Source: Armatimonadota bacterium (lineage in GTDB: Bacteria > Armatimonadota > SYMT01). From it: a stretch of 64,000 bases of DNA. Location: NCBI GenBank assembly GCA_046292385.1, contig JBKBRF010000025.1, positions 1 through 64,000 on the forward strand, in the 5' to 3' direction. The notes beneath the pieces were generated by a model, which saw nothing but the letters and a program-made list of their open reading frames with translations, ran no database searches and was not told where the DNA came from. Made by a program: the position numbers and the translations under genes. This document shows, one piece after another, positions 31,915-42,063 of the stretch (its first letter is position 1; each line of letters opens with the position of its first letter).

Positions 31915-33381
31915 ATGAACCCTGATCTCAAGCGCGCTCACCTGGTTACCCGGCGGACCTTCTTCGGCCGGGCGGGGTTTAGCCTGGGGGCGCTGGCGCT
32001 CGGGTCGCTGCTGCAGCGGGACGGCGCGGCGGCGCCGGCAGCCGGCGCGCGGCCGAAAGGGCGGCCGCTGGCGCCGCGGAAGCCGAACCATGCGCCGCGG
32101 GCGAAGTCGGTCATCTACCTGCACATGTCCGGGGCGCCGCCGACGCTCGACATGTTCGACTTCAAGCCGAAGCTGGTTGAGATGAACATGCAGGAGTGCC
32201 CGAAGTCGTTCCTGGAGGGGCAGCGCTTCGCGTTCATCAAAGGCGTGCCGAAGATGCTGGGCACCCCCTACCCGTTCACGCAGCACGGGCAGAGCGGCGC
32301 CTGGGTCTGCGAGAAGCTGCCGCACATGGCGGGGATCGTGGACGACTTCGCCCTGATCCGCTCCGTGACGACCGAGGAGTTCAACCACGCGCCCGCGGAG
32401 CTGTTCCTCTACACCGGCAACGCCCGGCCCGGCAACGCGGCGATGGGCTCCTGGCTCACTTACGGACTGGGCTCCCAGAACGAGGACCTGCCGGGCTTCG
32501 TGGTGCTGCTCTCCGGCGGCACCGACCCGACCGGCGGCAAGAGCCTCTGGAGCAGCGGCTTCCTCCCCTCGGTCTACCAGGGAGTGCAGTGCCGCACCGC
32601 CGGCGAGCCGATCCTCTACCTGAACAACCCGGTCGGGATGAGCCGCGAGTCCCGCCGCCGCAGCCTGGACGCCCTCGGCAAGCTGAACGAGCTGGAAGCG
32701 AAGCAGTTCGGCGATCCGGAGACCGCCACGCGGATCTCCCAGTACGAGCTGGCGTACCGGATGCAGATGGCGGTGCCGGAAGTGATGGACATCTCGAAGG
32801 AGCCGGAGCACGTGCGCGAGATGTACGGCGCCCGCCCGGGCGAGGCGACCTTCGCCAACAACTGCCTGCTGGCGCGGCGGCTGGTGGAGAAGGGCGTCCG
32901 CTACGTGCAGCTCTACGACTGGGGCTGGGACATTCACGGCACCGGCGCGGGCGACGACCTGATGAACGCCTTCCCGAAGAAGTGCCAGGACGTCGACCGC
33001 CCCGCGGCCGCGCTGATCAAAGACCTGAAGCAGCGCGGCCTGCTGGACGACACGCTGGTGATCTGGGGCGGGGAGTTCGGCCGCACCCCGATGAACGAGG
33101 CCCGCGGCGGCTCCAAGTTCCTGGGTCGAGACCACCACCCGCACTGCTTCTGCATCTGGATGGCGGGCGGCGGGATCAAGCCGGGCATCGTCCACGGCGA
33201 GACCGACGAGTTCGGCTACCAGGTGGTGAAGGATAAGGTGACGGTGCGCGACCTGCAGGCAACTGTCCTCCACCTCGCCGGCCTCGACCCGTACCAGACC
33301 AGCTTCCGCTACCAGGGCCTCGACCAGCGGCTGATCGGCCCCACCAACGAAGGCGTGATCCAGAAGGCGCTGCTGGCGTAG
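31915..33381 (+). CDS. DUF1501 family protein, Tat-like leader
   Basis: TRRTFF, AKSVIYLHMSG.P, NCLLARRLVEKGVRYVQ, WGGEFGRTP, GRDHH. Confidence 0.93.
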   Translation: MNPDLKRAHLVTRRTFFGRAGFSLGALALGSLLQRDGAAAPAAGARPKGRPLAPRKPNHAPRAKSVIYLHMSGAPPTLDMFDFKPKLVEMNMQECPKSFLEGQRFAFIKGVPKMLGTPYPFTQHGQSGAWVCEKLPHMAGIVDDFALIRSVTTEEFNHAPAELFLYTGNARPGNAAMGSWLTYGLGSQNEDLPGFVVLLSGGTDPTGGKSLWSSGFLPSVYQGVQCRTAGEPILYLNNPVGMSRESRRRSLDALGKLNELEAKQFGDPETATRISQYELAYRMQMAVPEVMDISKEPEHVREMYGARPGEATFANNCLLARRLVEKGVRYVQLYDWGWDIHGTGAGDDLMNAFPKKCQDVDRPAAALIKDLKQRGLLDDTLVIWGGEFGRTPMNEARGGSKFLGRDHHPHCFCIWMAGGGIKPGIVHGETDEFGYQVVKDKVTVRDLQATVLHLAGLDPYQTSFRYQGLDQRLIGPTNEGVIQKALLA

Positions 33382-33387
33382 GCTCAG

Positions 33388-35796
33388 TTAGCGCCGGATC
33401 TTGACCGCCTGCTGGAGGGTGACGCTCGAGAGCTGCGCGGACACGGTCACCGTAACCGGCTTGCGGACGCGCCTGGTACGGAGCTTGAAGCTCGCCTTCG
33501 TCTGCCCCGGCGGGACCTGGACGCTCGTGACGCCGAAGACCGCGGGATTGTCGCTCGTGATCGTCAGGGTCGCGGTATCGATGGCCGAGCGCGTGAGAGT
33601 GACGGTCCCCTTGAGCGGCTTCCCTCCTTTCACCTTTCCGGGGCGGAGGGTGAAGGTCGCCAGGGCGGCGGCCTCGACGGCAGTGAAGTCCTGGCCGGTC
33701 TTCTCCGGGCCGAGGGCTACGGAACGCGACGGAGGCTCGAACAGGTAGCCCTGCCGGGACGGAGTGACCGTGTAGGAGCCGGCTACCAGACCCTCGAGCG
33801 CATAGTCTCCCGCGGCGTCGGTGAGCACGGTAGAGCCGCCAGCCGTGACCGAGACTCCTGCCAGCCCCGCTCCGCCCGCGCGGATGCGCCCCGTGATCCG
33901 GTACGTCACCCGCTGGGCCGAGAAATCGATCGCGGACGCATCCGGCCCGACGATCACCTGGTGCGATGCCGGGGAGAAGGTGTACTCCGTCTTGCTCGCG
34001 GTTACGGTGTAGGTCCCGGCCGGCAGCGGCGGCAGGAGGTAGGCGCCGTCCGCTCCGGTGGTCGCCGTCTCACCGCCGGCTTCCACCGTGACTCCGGAGA
34101 GCCCGGCGCCGTCGAGCGTGACGGTGCCGCCGATCCGGTAGGCCGGGGTCCCCACGAAGTCTTGCCCGGTCTGGTCCGGCCCGACCGAGACCAGGCGGCT
34201 CTCCGGCGCGAAGCGGTATCCGGCCCGGGAGGCGGTCAGCTCGTAGATCGCCGGCGCGAGCCCGGAGAACGAGTAGGTGCCGTCCGCCGCGGTGATGGTC
34301 GACCGCCCGTCGGCGGAGATCGTCACGCCGGAGAGCGGCGATCCGCCCGCCGTCACGCGCCCGGAAACCTGGTAGCCGGCGCGAGTCTCTACCGAAAGGG
34401 ACGACGCGCTGAGCGACCCGTCCGTGGGCGTAACCTGGCACCGGAGCAGGTCGCCCCACTGGAACAGGCCGTGCGGAATCGCGTCTGAGAGCGCAGCGGA
34501 GGTGACGTCGCGGACCGTGGCCCCGTTCACCGTCCACTGGTAGCGAAACCGCACGATGTCGTAGTCGGGATCGTCCCGGACGAGCGGCGCGTTCACGCGG
34601 CAGAAGACGACCTGGCTGGGAGCCGGGCGCGGGGGATCGAAGGCGGCGCTCGCGGCGGAGAACGGAGCCCGGTTGACCGGAGAGGCGCCCGCGGCGATCA
34701 CCGTCAGCGGCACCTGCGTCACCAGCGTCCCGTTCATCGTCAGCTCCAGCGTCCAGGAGCCGGCGGTATCGAGGTCCAGGCTGTAGCGCCACCACCACCA
34801 GGAGCCGCGGTACGCCGTGTTGTTGTTCCGGCTCTGCGTGCCGCTGTCGTACCGGACGGTGCCGTTCGGCCGGAGGAACCGGACTCGCCAGGTGCTGAAC
34901 GCCGGGAGGTTCTGGACTACCGCCCAGAACGCCACCGTGCGCGTGCCGGCAGTGAACGTGCCCGAGCGCGGCATGTCGAATGGCAGCCCGGGGTAGTCGG
35001 CCGGGTTGACGGCAGTGATGTTGAGGTCGCGGAGGTACAGCTCCCGGCGGATCGGCACCTGGCTCACCCAGTAGCTCTCCCCCGGGCGGGACGGGCCGGC
35101 ATACGGCTCGTACCAGGTGTTGTTGTGGCGCGACTCGAAGTGGAGGTGCGGACCCGTGCTGAATCCGCTGCTGGCGGTGAGCCCGAGCTGCGTCCCCGCC
35201 TTCACCATCTGCCCGAGGGCCACTGCTACGCTGCCGCGCTTCAGGTGCCAGTACATGGTGAAGTGGGTGCCGCCGTGATGCAGCACCACGTAGTTCGCGG
35301 GCACGTTCGGAGCCGTGGTGTTCTGGTCCGGCTCACCATCGTGCACCGCAGTCACCTGCCCGTCCAGAGCGGCGAAGATCGGCACGCCGATCTCCTGCTC
35401 GCCGAACGATTTCAGGTCGACGTCGTGGCCCTGGTGCCCGTCGTACGTAAAGTTGGTGCCGTCCCAGTCGAGGATGCCGCTCGAGGGGTCGAGATCGACG
35501 AAGTTGTTGCCGAAGAGGTCCTGCCAGAGCGTGCCGGCCTGCGGGTGGAACGGATACTTCGGCAGGCTGCCGTGATCCAGCGCCCGCAGCTTGCCGTAGC
35601 GTCGCACGAACTCGGCCGCCTGGCGCTCCGCCAGCAGCCGCTCCGCCGGCGAGACACAGACGTCCCGCCGGGGCGCCAGCTCCCCGCCCCCCGATCCGAT
35701 CAGCGCATCGGGGCCCGCGGCGCGCGTCGGACCTCCCGCGAGCAGCAGGGCCACGAGGGCGCCGAAGAAGAGGAGCAAAGGGGCGATCCGGTGCAT
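33388..35796 (-). CDS. Secreted M23 metallopeptidase with three carboxypeptidase-regulatory-like Ig repeats
   Basis: YDGHQGHD, YWHL, STGPHLHF; three G....L.GV.V....T.A.G.Y repeats. Confidence 0.85.
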   Translation of the reverse strand: MHRIAPLLLFFGALVALLLAGGPTRAAGPDALIGSGGGELAPRRDVCVSPAERLLAERQAAEFVRRYGKLRALDHGSLPKYPFHPQAGTLWQDLFGNNFVDLDPSSGILDWDGTNFTYDGHQGHDVDLKSFGEQEIGVPIFAALDGQVTAVHDGEPDQNTTAPNVPANYVVLHHGGTHFTMYWHLKRGSVAVALGQMVKAGTQLGLTASSGFSTGPHLHFESRHNNTWYEPYAGPSRPGESYWVSQVPIRRELYLRDLNITAVNPADYPGLPFDMPRSGTFTAGTRTVAFWAVVQNLPAFSTWRVRFLRPNGTVRYDSGTQSRNNNTAYRGSWWWWRYSLDLDTAGSWTLELTMNGTLVTQVPLTVIAAGASPVNRAPFSAASAAFDPPRPAPSQVVFCRVNAPLVRDDPDYDIVRFRYQWTVNGATVRDVTSAALSDAIPHGLFQWGDLLRCQVTPTDGSLSASSLSVETRAGYQVSGRVTAGGSPLSGVTISADGRSTITAADGTYSFSGLAPAIYELTASRAGYRFAPESRLVSVGPDQTGQDFVGTPAYRIGGTVTLDGAGLSGVTVEAGGETATTGADGAYLLPPLPAGTYTVTASKTEYTFSPASHQVIVGPDASAIDFSAQRVTYRITGRIRAGGAGLAGVSVTAGGSTVLTDAAGDYALEGLVAGSYTVTPSRQGYLFEPPSRSVALGPEKTGQDFTAVEAAALATFTLRPGKVKGGKPLKGTVTLTRSAIDTATLTITSDNPAVFGVTSVQVPPGQTKASFKLRTRRVRKPVTVTVSAQLSSVTLQQAVKIRR

Positions 35797-36053
35797 CGGG
35801 TGTCTCGCAGGAGGGGGTGAGCGGGCGATAGAAGGGGGCGGTCGGTCCATCGCTGGGGAAGCGGGGAAGGGGCGGACCAGGAACAGATTGTGCGCGCTTC
35901 CAATCCCCTCCTCCGCCCGGTTGCCGGCGGGCTCGCGCGACAACGCGCCGCCGTGGGAAGCCCCACAAACACGAGGAGCCTCTCCCGCCGGAGGCGAACT
36001 GAGTTGCCGGAGCCGGCCGCTCCCCCGAACTGGCGGCCTCTTACTTCGACCCG

Positions 36054-38438
36054 ATGATGCGACGAACCCAACTCCTGCCGTTTCTCTGTCTCACCACGCT
36101 GCTCGCCCTGGGAGCAGGGTCTGGAGCCTCGCTTTCGGCCCAGGATGCCTGGAAGCCGGCCTCCGCGCCGCTGATGACTCGCTGGGCGAAGGACGTGTCC
36201 CCGGAGCGGGTGCGTCCGGAGTATCCCCGCCCGCTGCTGCAGCGGAAGGAGTGGCAGAGCCTGAACGGGCTCTGGGAGTTTGCGTTCGACGACCGCAACC
36301 AGGGCCGCACCGCCGGCTGGCAGAGCGGCAAGCCGCTCCCGCAGCGCATCCTGGTGCCGTTCACCTACGAGGCGGCGCTCTCCGGGATCGGCAAGGGGAC
36401 GGAGATCCACGAGCGGGTCTGGTACCGCCGCAGCTTCCAGGTGCCGCAGGGGTGGCGGGACCGCCGCGTGCGGCTGAACTTCAACGCGAGCGACTGGGAG
36501 ACCACCGTCTGGGTGAACGGCAAGGAGCTGGGCAGCCACCGGGGCGGGTACGACCCGTTCTCCTTCGACATCACCGATGCCCTCAAGCCGGAATCGGAGC
36601 AGGAGGTCGTGGTAGCGATCTACGATCCCGCCGACCCGCGCCGCGGCGCCTACCAGCCGAAGGGGAAGCAGCTCGGCAGCGAGGGGATCTGGTACACCCG
36701 CACCACCGGCATCTGGCAGTCGGTCTGGCTGGAGCCGCTCCACCCCGCCGCGCTGGAGATCGCGGAGCTGAAGACCGGGGTCGATCCGGAGACCCGCCTG
36801 GGACAGGTGACGGTCGGCTTCATCGTCCGCGACCCGCGGGAGACCACGGTGGAGATGGAGGTCTCCCGCAACGGGCGCACCCTCGGCAAGCAGCACTTCG
36901 TCCAGCACATCGGCAGAGGGGCCCAGCCGCGCATCGCGTACGTCGGCGAGGTGGTGAAGAAGGCGGAGCTCTGGTCGCCGGAGAAGCCGGTCCTCTACGA
37001 CCTCACCTTCCGGGCGAAGCAGAACGGCCGGGTGGTCGACGAGGTGAAGAGCTACTGCGCCTTCCGCCGGTACGACATCCGGGACGGGCGCCTCTGCCTG
37101 AACGGCAAGCCGTACCTGCTGCGCGGCGTGCTGGACCAGGGCTACTGGCCGGACGGCATCCTGACGCCGCCGACCGACGAGGCGATCCGGTACGACGTGG
37201 AGATGACGAAGAAGCTCGGCTTCAACATGTCTCGGAAGCACGTGAAGGTGGAGGACCCGCGCTGGTACTACTGGTGCGACCGCCTCGGCGTGGCGGTCTG
37301 GCAGGACATGCCGTCGGCGCACAACCTCGCGTCCCAGGAGGCGAAGGACAACTTCCGCCGCGAGTGGACGGAGGTGATCCGCACCACCGGCAGCTACCCC
37401 TCCGTGCTGCACTGGATCCCGTTTAACGAGAACTGGGGCGACCCGGGCGCGTTCCAGGACGAGATGGTCGTCCTCACCCGCTCGCTCGATCCGACCCGCC
37501 CGATCACCGACGCCTCCGGCTGGACCCAGCGGTCGCTCACCGACGTGATCGACGTCCACGACTACTCGAACGACCTGGCGAAGCACGCGGTGGCGAACCC
37601 GGTGAAGCCGAAGGTGATCGGCGAGTACGGTGGGGTGGCGCTGCCGATCCCCGGCCACACCTGGTCGCAGGGGTGGGGCTACCAGACGGTGCGGAACGCG
37701 GACGGGCTGGTCCGCCGCATCGGCTCCCAGACGACACAGATCTTCGAGGCGGCGAACCTCTCCGGCTTCGTCTACACGCAGCTCACCGACGTGGAGCAGG
37801 AGCTCAACGGCCTACTCACCTACGACCGCATCCCGAAGACCGACCCGAAGCGGTTCGCGCAGATCTTCGAGGGCAAGGCGCGGTACGAGCCGATCGGGGG
37901 CTTCGTGAAGGACTGGCTGGTGCTCGGCCCGATCCCGACCGGTACCACCCTGCGCACCGCGGAGAACAACGACGCGAACCGCGCGCAGCTCCAGCGGATC
38001 CTCAGCCGGTCGTTCATCGCCAACGAGGGGAACCTGGATCCGCGCGACGGGGAGACGGTAGAGGCGGCCGGCGCGCGCGTGCGCTGGACCCGCGCCCGGG
38101 CCGAGAACGACGTGCTCGACTTCCACCGCGTCTTCGGCCGGGAGACCGGCAACGCCGTCGTCTACGCCGTCGCCGAGATCGACGTCCCTCGCGAGGTGAA
38201 GAACGCCACCCTGCTCTTCGGCTCCGACGACGCGGCCAAGGTCTGGCTGAACGGCGAGGAGGTCTGGAGCGTCACCCAGGTGCGCGGAGCCGGTCCGGAC
38301 AGCGACGTCGTCCCGGGCCTCACGCTAAAGCGCGGCCGCAATCTCCTGGTGGTGAAGGTGGGACAGGGCATCGGGGGCTGGGGCGTGGTCGCCCGGTTCG
38401 AGACCGCGGACGGAAAAACGATTCCGGCCGGTCCGTAG
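36054..38438 (+). CDS. Glycoside hydrolase family 2 protein
   Basis: PEYPRP, LNGLWEF, GIWQSVWLE, LDQGYWPDG, FNMSRKHVK, PFNENWG, GEYGG, YTQLTDVE. Confidence 0.92.
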   Translation: MMRRTQLLPFLCLTTLLALGAGSGASLSAQDAWKPASAPLMTRWAKDVSPERVRPEYPRPLLQRKEWQSLNGLWEFAFDDRNQGRTAGWQSGKPLPQRILVPFTYEAALSGIGKGTEIHERVWYRRSFQVPQGWRDRRVRLNFNASDWETTVWVNGKELGSHRGGYDPFSFDITDALKPESEQEVVVAIYDPADPRRGAYQPKGKQLGSEGIWYTRTTGIWQSVWLEPLHPAALEIAELKTGVDPETRLGQVTVGFIVRDPRETTVEMEVSRNGRTLGKQHFVQHIGRGAQPRIAYVGEVVKKAELWSPEKPVLYDLTFRAKQNGRVVDEVKSYCAFRRYDIRDGRLCLNGKPYLLRGVLDQGYWPDGILTPPTDEAIRYDVEMTKKLGFNMSRKHVKVEDPRWYYWCDRLGVAVWQDMPSAHNLASQEAKDNFRREWTEVIRTTGSYPSVLHWIPFNENWGDPGAFQDEMVVLTRSLDPTRPITDASGWTQRSLTDVIDVHDYSNDLAKHAVANPVKPKVIGEYGGVALPIPGHTWSQGWGYQTVRNADGLVRRIGSQTTQIFEAANLSGFVYTQLTDVEQELNGLLTYDRIPKTDPKRFAQIFEGKARYEPIGGFVKDWLVLGPIPTGTTLRTAENNDANRAQLQRILSRSFIANEGNLDPRDGETVEAAGARVRWTRARAENDVLDFHRVFGRETGNAVVYAVAEIDVPREVKNATLLFGSDDAAKVWLNGEEVWSVTQVRGAGPDSDVVPGLTLKRGRNLLVVKVGQGIGGWGVVARFETADGKTIPAGP

Positions 38439-38471
38439 TAGATAGATCTAAACGCGTGTCAGGAGATCAAG

Positions 38472-38684
38472 GTGAAATATCGAGTGTTGCTTGAGCAAGA
38501 TGAAGATGGCGCCTTCGTAGCTCAGGTGCCGTCACTCCCAGGCTGTATCTCCGGCGGAGCGACCCGCAGAGAAGCGCTCGCAAATATCCGCGAGGCGATC
38601 GCCGGTTACCTGGAGAGCCTGGAGAAACACGGAGAGCCGGTCCCGCCGCCGATCACTGAGGAGTTGATTGAGGTGTCCGTGTGA
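38472..38684 (+). CDS. hicB: HicB-family antitoxin
   Basis: EQDEDG.FVA.VPSLPGCIS.G.TR.EA..NIREAI..YLE. Confidence 0.88.
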   Translation: MKYRVLLEQDEDGAFVAQVPSLPGCISGGATRREALANIREAIAGYLESLEKHGEPVPPPITEELIEVSV

Positions 38685-38908
38685 GCTCTCGCCTGCCGGT
38701 GGTCTCCGGAAGCGATGTGGTTCGCGCACTTCGGAAGATCGGATACGAGCCGGACCACCAGCGAGGTAGTCATACGGTGCTGCGGCAGGGAGATGCGCCC
38801 CATCGCCGCGTTACGGTACCGGACCACAATCCGCTGGCGAAAGGCACACTGCGAGCAATTCTGCGCGAGGTCGGGCTCACCGTAGACGAGTTCCGAGCCC
38901 TACTATAG
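38681..38908 (+). CDS. hicA: HicA-family toxin
   Basis: QRGSH catalytic His, VTVP.H..L.KGTLRAIL; GTGA overlap. Confidence 0.9.
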   Translation: MSSRLPVVSGSDVVRALRKIGYEPDHQRGSHTVLRQGDAPHRRVTVPDHNPLAKGTLRAILREVGLTVDEFRALL

Positions 38909-38928
38909 ATCACCGTCTAAAGAAGCCC

Positions 38929-41900
38929 ATGAAGCGAAGTAAGTCTCATCCATCCCGACGTCACCGCGCGCTGGCGGCGCTCGGCGTGCTGCTGCCGGGG
39001 GTGGCGGCGCTCGCCGCAGCGGCCGCGCCGGACGGGCCGGCGGTCGATTTCAACCGGGACGTCAAGCCGATCCTGGCGGAGAACTGCTTTGCCTGCCACG
39101 GGGCGGACGGCGGCAAGCGGATGGCCGGCCTGCGCCTCGATACGCTGGAGGGGGCGCTCCACCCCGCCGCTTCCGGGAAGAAGGCGCTGGTCCCCGGCAA
39201 GCCGGAGGAAAGCGAGCTGCTGAAGCGAGTGGTGGCCACCGACGCCCGCGTGATGCCGCCCGCCGCCACGGGGAAGAAGCTGACCCCGGCACAGATCGAC
39301 ACGCTGCGCCGCTGGATCGCGCAGGGCGGCAAGTACGCCGACCACTGGGCCTACCTGCCGATCCAGCGCCCGGCGGTGCCGAAGGTGAAGAACGCGAAGT
39401 GGCCGCTCAGCACGCCGGACCGCTTCGTCCTGGCGCGGCTGGAGAAGGAGGGGCTGAAGCCGTCGCCGGAGGCGGACCGCCGTACGCTGATCCGCCGCGT
39501 CTCCCTCGACCTCACCGGACTGCCGCCGAAGCCGGAAGAGGTGGAGGCGTTCGTCGCCGATAAGTCGCCGGATGCCTACGAGAAGGTGGTCGACCGCCTC
39601 CTCGCCTCCCCCCACTACGGCGAGCGGATGGCGGTCTACTGGCTCGACCTGGTGCGCTACGCGGACACCGTCGGCTACCACGGCGACCAGGACTACAACA
39701 TCTGGCCGTATCGCGACTACGTGATCCGCAGCTTCAACGAGAACAAGCGGTTCGACCAGTTCACGAGGGAGCAGCTCGCGGGCGACCTGCTGGCCGGGGA
39801 CGCGAAGCCGGAGCCGGGCTCGCAGGCGCGCGCGCAGCTCGTCGCCTCCGGGTACAACCGGCTCGGCATGATGAGCGCCGAGGGCGGCGTGCAGGACAAG
39901 GAGTACCTCGCCAAGTACGCCGCGGAGCGGGTGCGGAACACCTCCACCGTCTGGATGGGCTCCACGCTCGGCTGCGCGGAGTGCCACGACCACAAGTTCG
40001 ACCCGTTCACCGCCAAGGACTTCTACCGGTTCGCCGCCTTCTTCGCGGACCTGACCGAGAAGGGCTTCTACGACGGCGGCTACGGCCGCGACGACTGGGG
40101 CCCCAGCCTCAAGCTCCCCACACCGGAGCAGCAGTCCCGCCTTTCGCAGCTCGACCGGGAACTGGAGGAGGCGAAGAAAGCGCTCGCCGCCGTCTCCGAC
40201 GAGGCGCTTGCCGGGGGCCGGGGGCGCTGGGAGCAGCAGGTGCGCGCCCTCGACGCCGAAAAGGCGCTCGGATGGAAGTCGCCGCGTCCGGTCGAGCTCG
40301 CCTCCTCCGGCGGCTCCACGCTGGAGATGCTGGGCGACGGCTCGGTCCTGGTGAAAGGCGAGCTTCCGGCGCGCGACACTTACCAGGTGGAGCTGCCGGT
40401 GTCTGGTGAGATTACCGCCGTCCGCCTGGAGGCGATCCCGGACGGCTCCCTGCCGGGGTCTGCGATCTCTCGCGCGGGCTACTACTTCGTGACCAGCGAG
40501 ATCGAGGTGGCGGTCCAGAACGGCTCCGGCGCGCCGCAGCCGCTGCGCCTGGCCGCTGCCAGCGCGAACATGGCCGACGAGGGCTATCCGGCCTACGCGC
40601 TGATCGACGGCAAGCCGGAAACCGGGTGGGCGAAGGTGCTGCCGGCCGGCGGATCGCGCGTCGCCGTGATCCAGCTTGAAGAGCCGATCCGCGCCGCCGA
40701 GGGGACCCGGCTGGTGGTGCGCGTGAAGCACGACGCCGATCCGCACAAGAACATCGGCCGCTTCCGTGTCTCCGTCACCGGCGTTCCGGGCGCCGACGTG
40801 AGTCCGCAGGCGCTCCCGGATAACGTGCTGGCGGCGATCCGCAAGGAGCCCTCCGCCCGCAGCGCGGACGAGGCGAAGCTGGTCGCCGCCCACTACCGGA
40901 CGGTTGCGCCGGAGTTGGAAGCGGCGCGGCGGCGGGTCCACCAGCTCGAAGGAGAGCGGAGCATCCTGACCGGCGTCATCCCCCAGACGCTCGTCTCCAA
41001 AGCGCGCGAGCCGCGCGTGATGCGCGTGCTGCCGCGCGGCAACTGGATGGACGACTCCGGCGAGGTGGTGCAGCCCGGGGCCCCGGAGTTCCTGAACCCG
41101 CCCGCGAAGCAGGGCCGCGCCACCCGCCTCGACCTGGCGAACTGGCTCGTGTCCCCGGAGAACCCGCTCACCGCCCGCGTGCTGGCGAACCGGCTCTGGA
41201 AGCTGTTCTACGGGATCGGCCCCGCCAAGAGCCTCGACGACTTCGGCGCCCAGGGCGAGCCACCGGTGCACCCGGAGCTGCTCGACTGGCTTGCCGGCGA
41301 GCTGATCCGCAGCGGCTGGGACGTGAAGCAGCTGGTGCGGCGGATGGTCACCACCCGCACCTACCGCCAGCGCTCCGACGCCGATCCGAAGCTGCTGGCC
41401 CGCGATCCGTACAACCGGCTCTACGCCCGGCAGAGCGCCGTCCGGCTCGACGCCGAGTTCATCCGCGACGTCGCGCTCTCCGCCAGCGGCCTGCTGAAGC
41501 GGGAGATCGGCGGGCCGAGCGTCTACCCGTACCAGCCCGCCGGCTACCTCGCGCCGCTCAACTTCCCCACGCGGGAGTGGGCGGCGGATACCGGCCCCGC
41601 GCTCTACCGGCGGGCGCTCTACACCCACTGGCAGCGGACCTTCGTCCATCCCAGCCTGCTCGCCTTCGACGCCCCGACCCGTGAGGAGTGCACCGCCCAG
41701 CGGGTGGTCTCCAACACGCCGATGCAGGCGCTGGTGCTGCTGAACGACCCGATCTTCGTGGAGGCGTCCCGCGTGTTCGCCCAGCGGATCCTGCGCGAAG
41801 GCGGCGAATCGCTGGAGAGCCGCGCCCGCTTCGCCTTCCGGACCGCCGTCTCCCGCGACCCGAGCGCCGAGGAGCTGAAGATCGTCCGCGAGCTCTACCA

Positions 41901-42063
41901 CAACCGCCGCGCCCGCTACTCCGCGGACCGGAAGGAAGCGGAGAAAGCGATCCACGTCGGCGAGGCCCCCGTAGACCGGGAGCTCGACCCGGTAGAGCTG
42001 GCCACCTGGGCGACGATCGGCCGAGCGATTTTGAACCTCCACGAGACCATTACGAGGGGATAG
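38929..42063 (+). CDS. Planctomycete cytochrome c + DUF1549 + DUF1553 (PSD1) protein, no insert
   Basis: CFACH, WLDLVRYADT, CAECHDHKFDP, HPELLDWLAGELIRSGWDVK, SNTPMQALVLLND. Confidence 0.93.
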   Translation: MKRSKSHPSRRHRALAALGVLLPGVAALAAAAAPDGPAVDFNRDVKPILAENCFACHGADGGKRMAGLRLDTLEGALHPAASGKKALVPGKPEESELLKRVVATDARVMPPAATGKKLTPAQIDTLRRWIAQGGKYADHWAYLPIQRPAVPKVKNAKWPLSTPDRFVLARLEKEGLKPSPEADRRTLIRRVSLDLTGLPPKPEEVEAFVADKSPDAYEKVVDRLLASPHYGERMAVYWLDLVRYADTVGYHGDQDYNIWPYRDYVIRSFNENKRFDQFTREQLAGDLLAGDAKPEPGSQARAQLVASGYNRLGMMSAEGGVQDKEYLAKYAAERVRNTSTVWMGSTLGCAECHDHKFDPFTAKDFYRFAAFFADLTEKGFYDGGYGRDDWGPSLKLPTPEQQSRLSQLDRELEEAKKALAAVSDEALAGGRGRWEQQVRALDAEKALGWKSPRPVELASSGGSTLEMLGDGSVLVKGELPARDTYQVELPVSGEITAVRLEAIPDGSLPGSAISRAGYYFVTSEIEVAVQNGSGAPQPLRLAAASANMADEGYPAYALIDGKPETGWAKVLPAGGSRVAVIQLEEPIRAAEGTRLVVRVKHDADPHKNIGRFRVSVTGVPGADVSPQALPDNVLAAIRKEPSARSADEAKLVAAHYRTVAPELEAARRRVHQLEGERSILTGVIPQTLVSKAREPRVMRVLPRGNWMDDSGEVVQPGAPEFLNPPAKQGRATRLDLANWLVSPENPLTARVLANRLWKLFYGIGPAKSLDDFGAQGEPPVHPELLDWLAGELIRSGWDVKQLVRRMVTTRTYRQRSDADPKLLARDPYNRLYARQSAVRLDAEFIRDVALSASGLLKREIGGPSVYPYQPAGYLAPLNFPTREWAADTGPALYRRALYTHWQRTFVHPSLLAFDAPTREECTAQRVVSNTPMQALVLLNDPIFVEASRVFAQRILREGGESLESRARFAFRTAVSRDPSAEELKIVRELYHNRRARYSADRKEAEKAIHVGEAPVDRELDPVELATWATIGRAILNLHETITRG

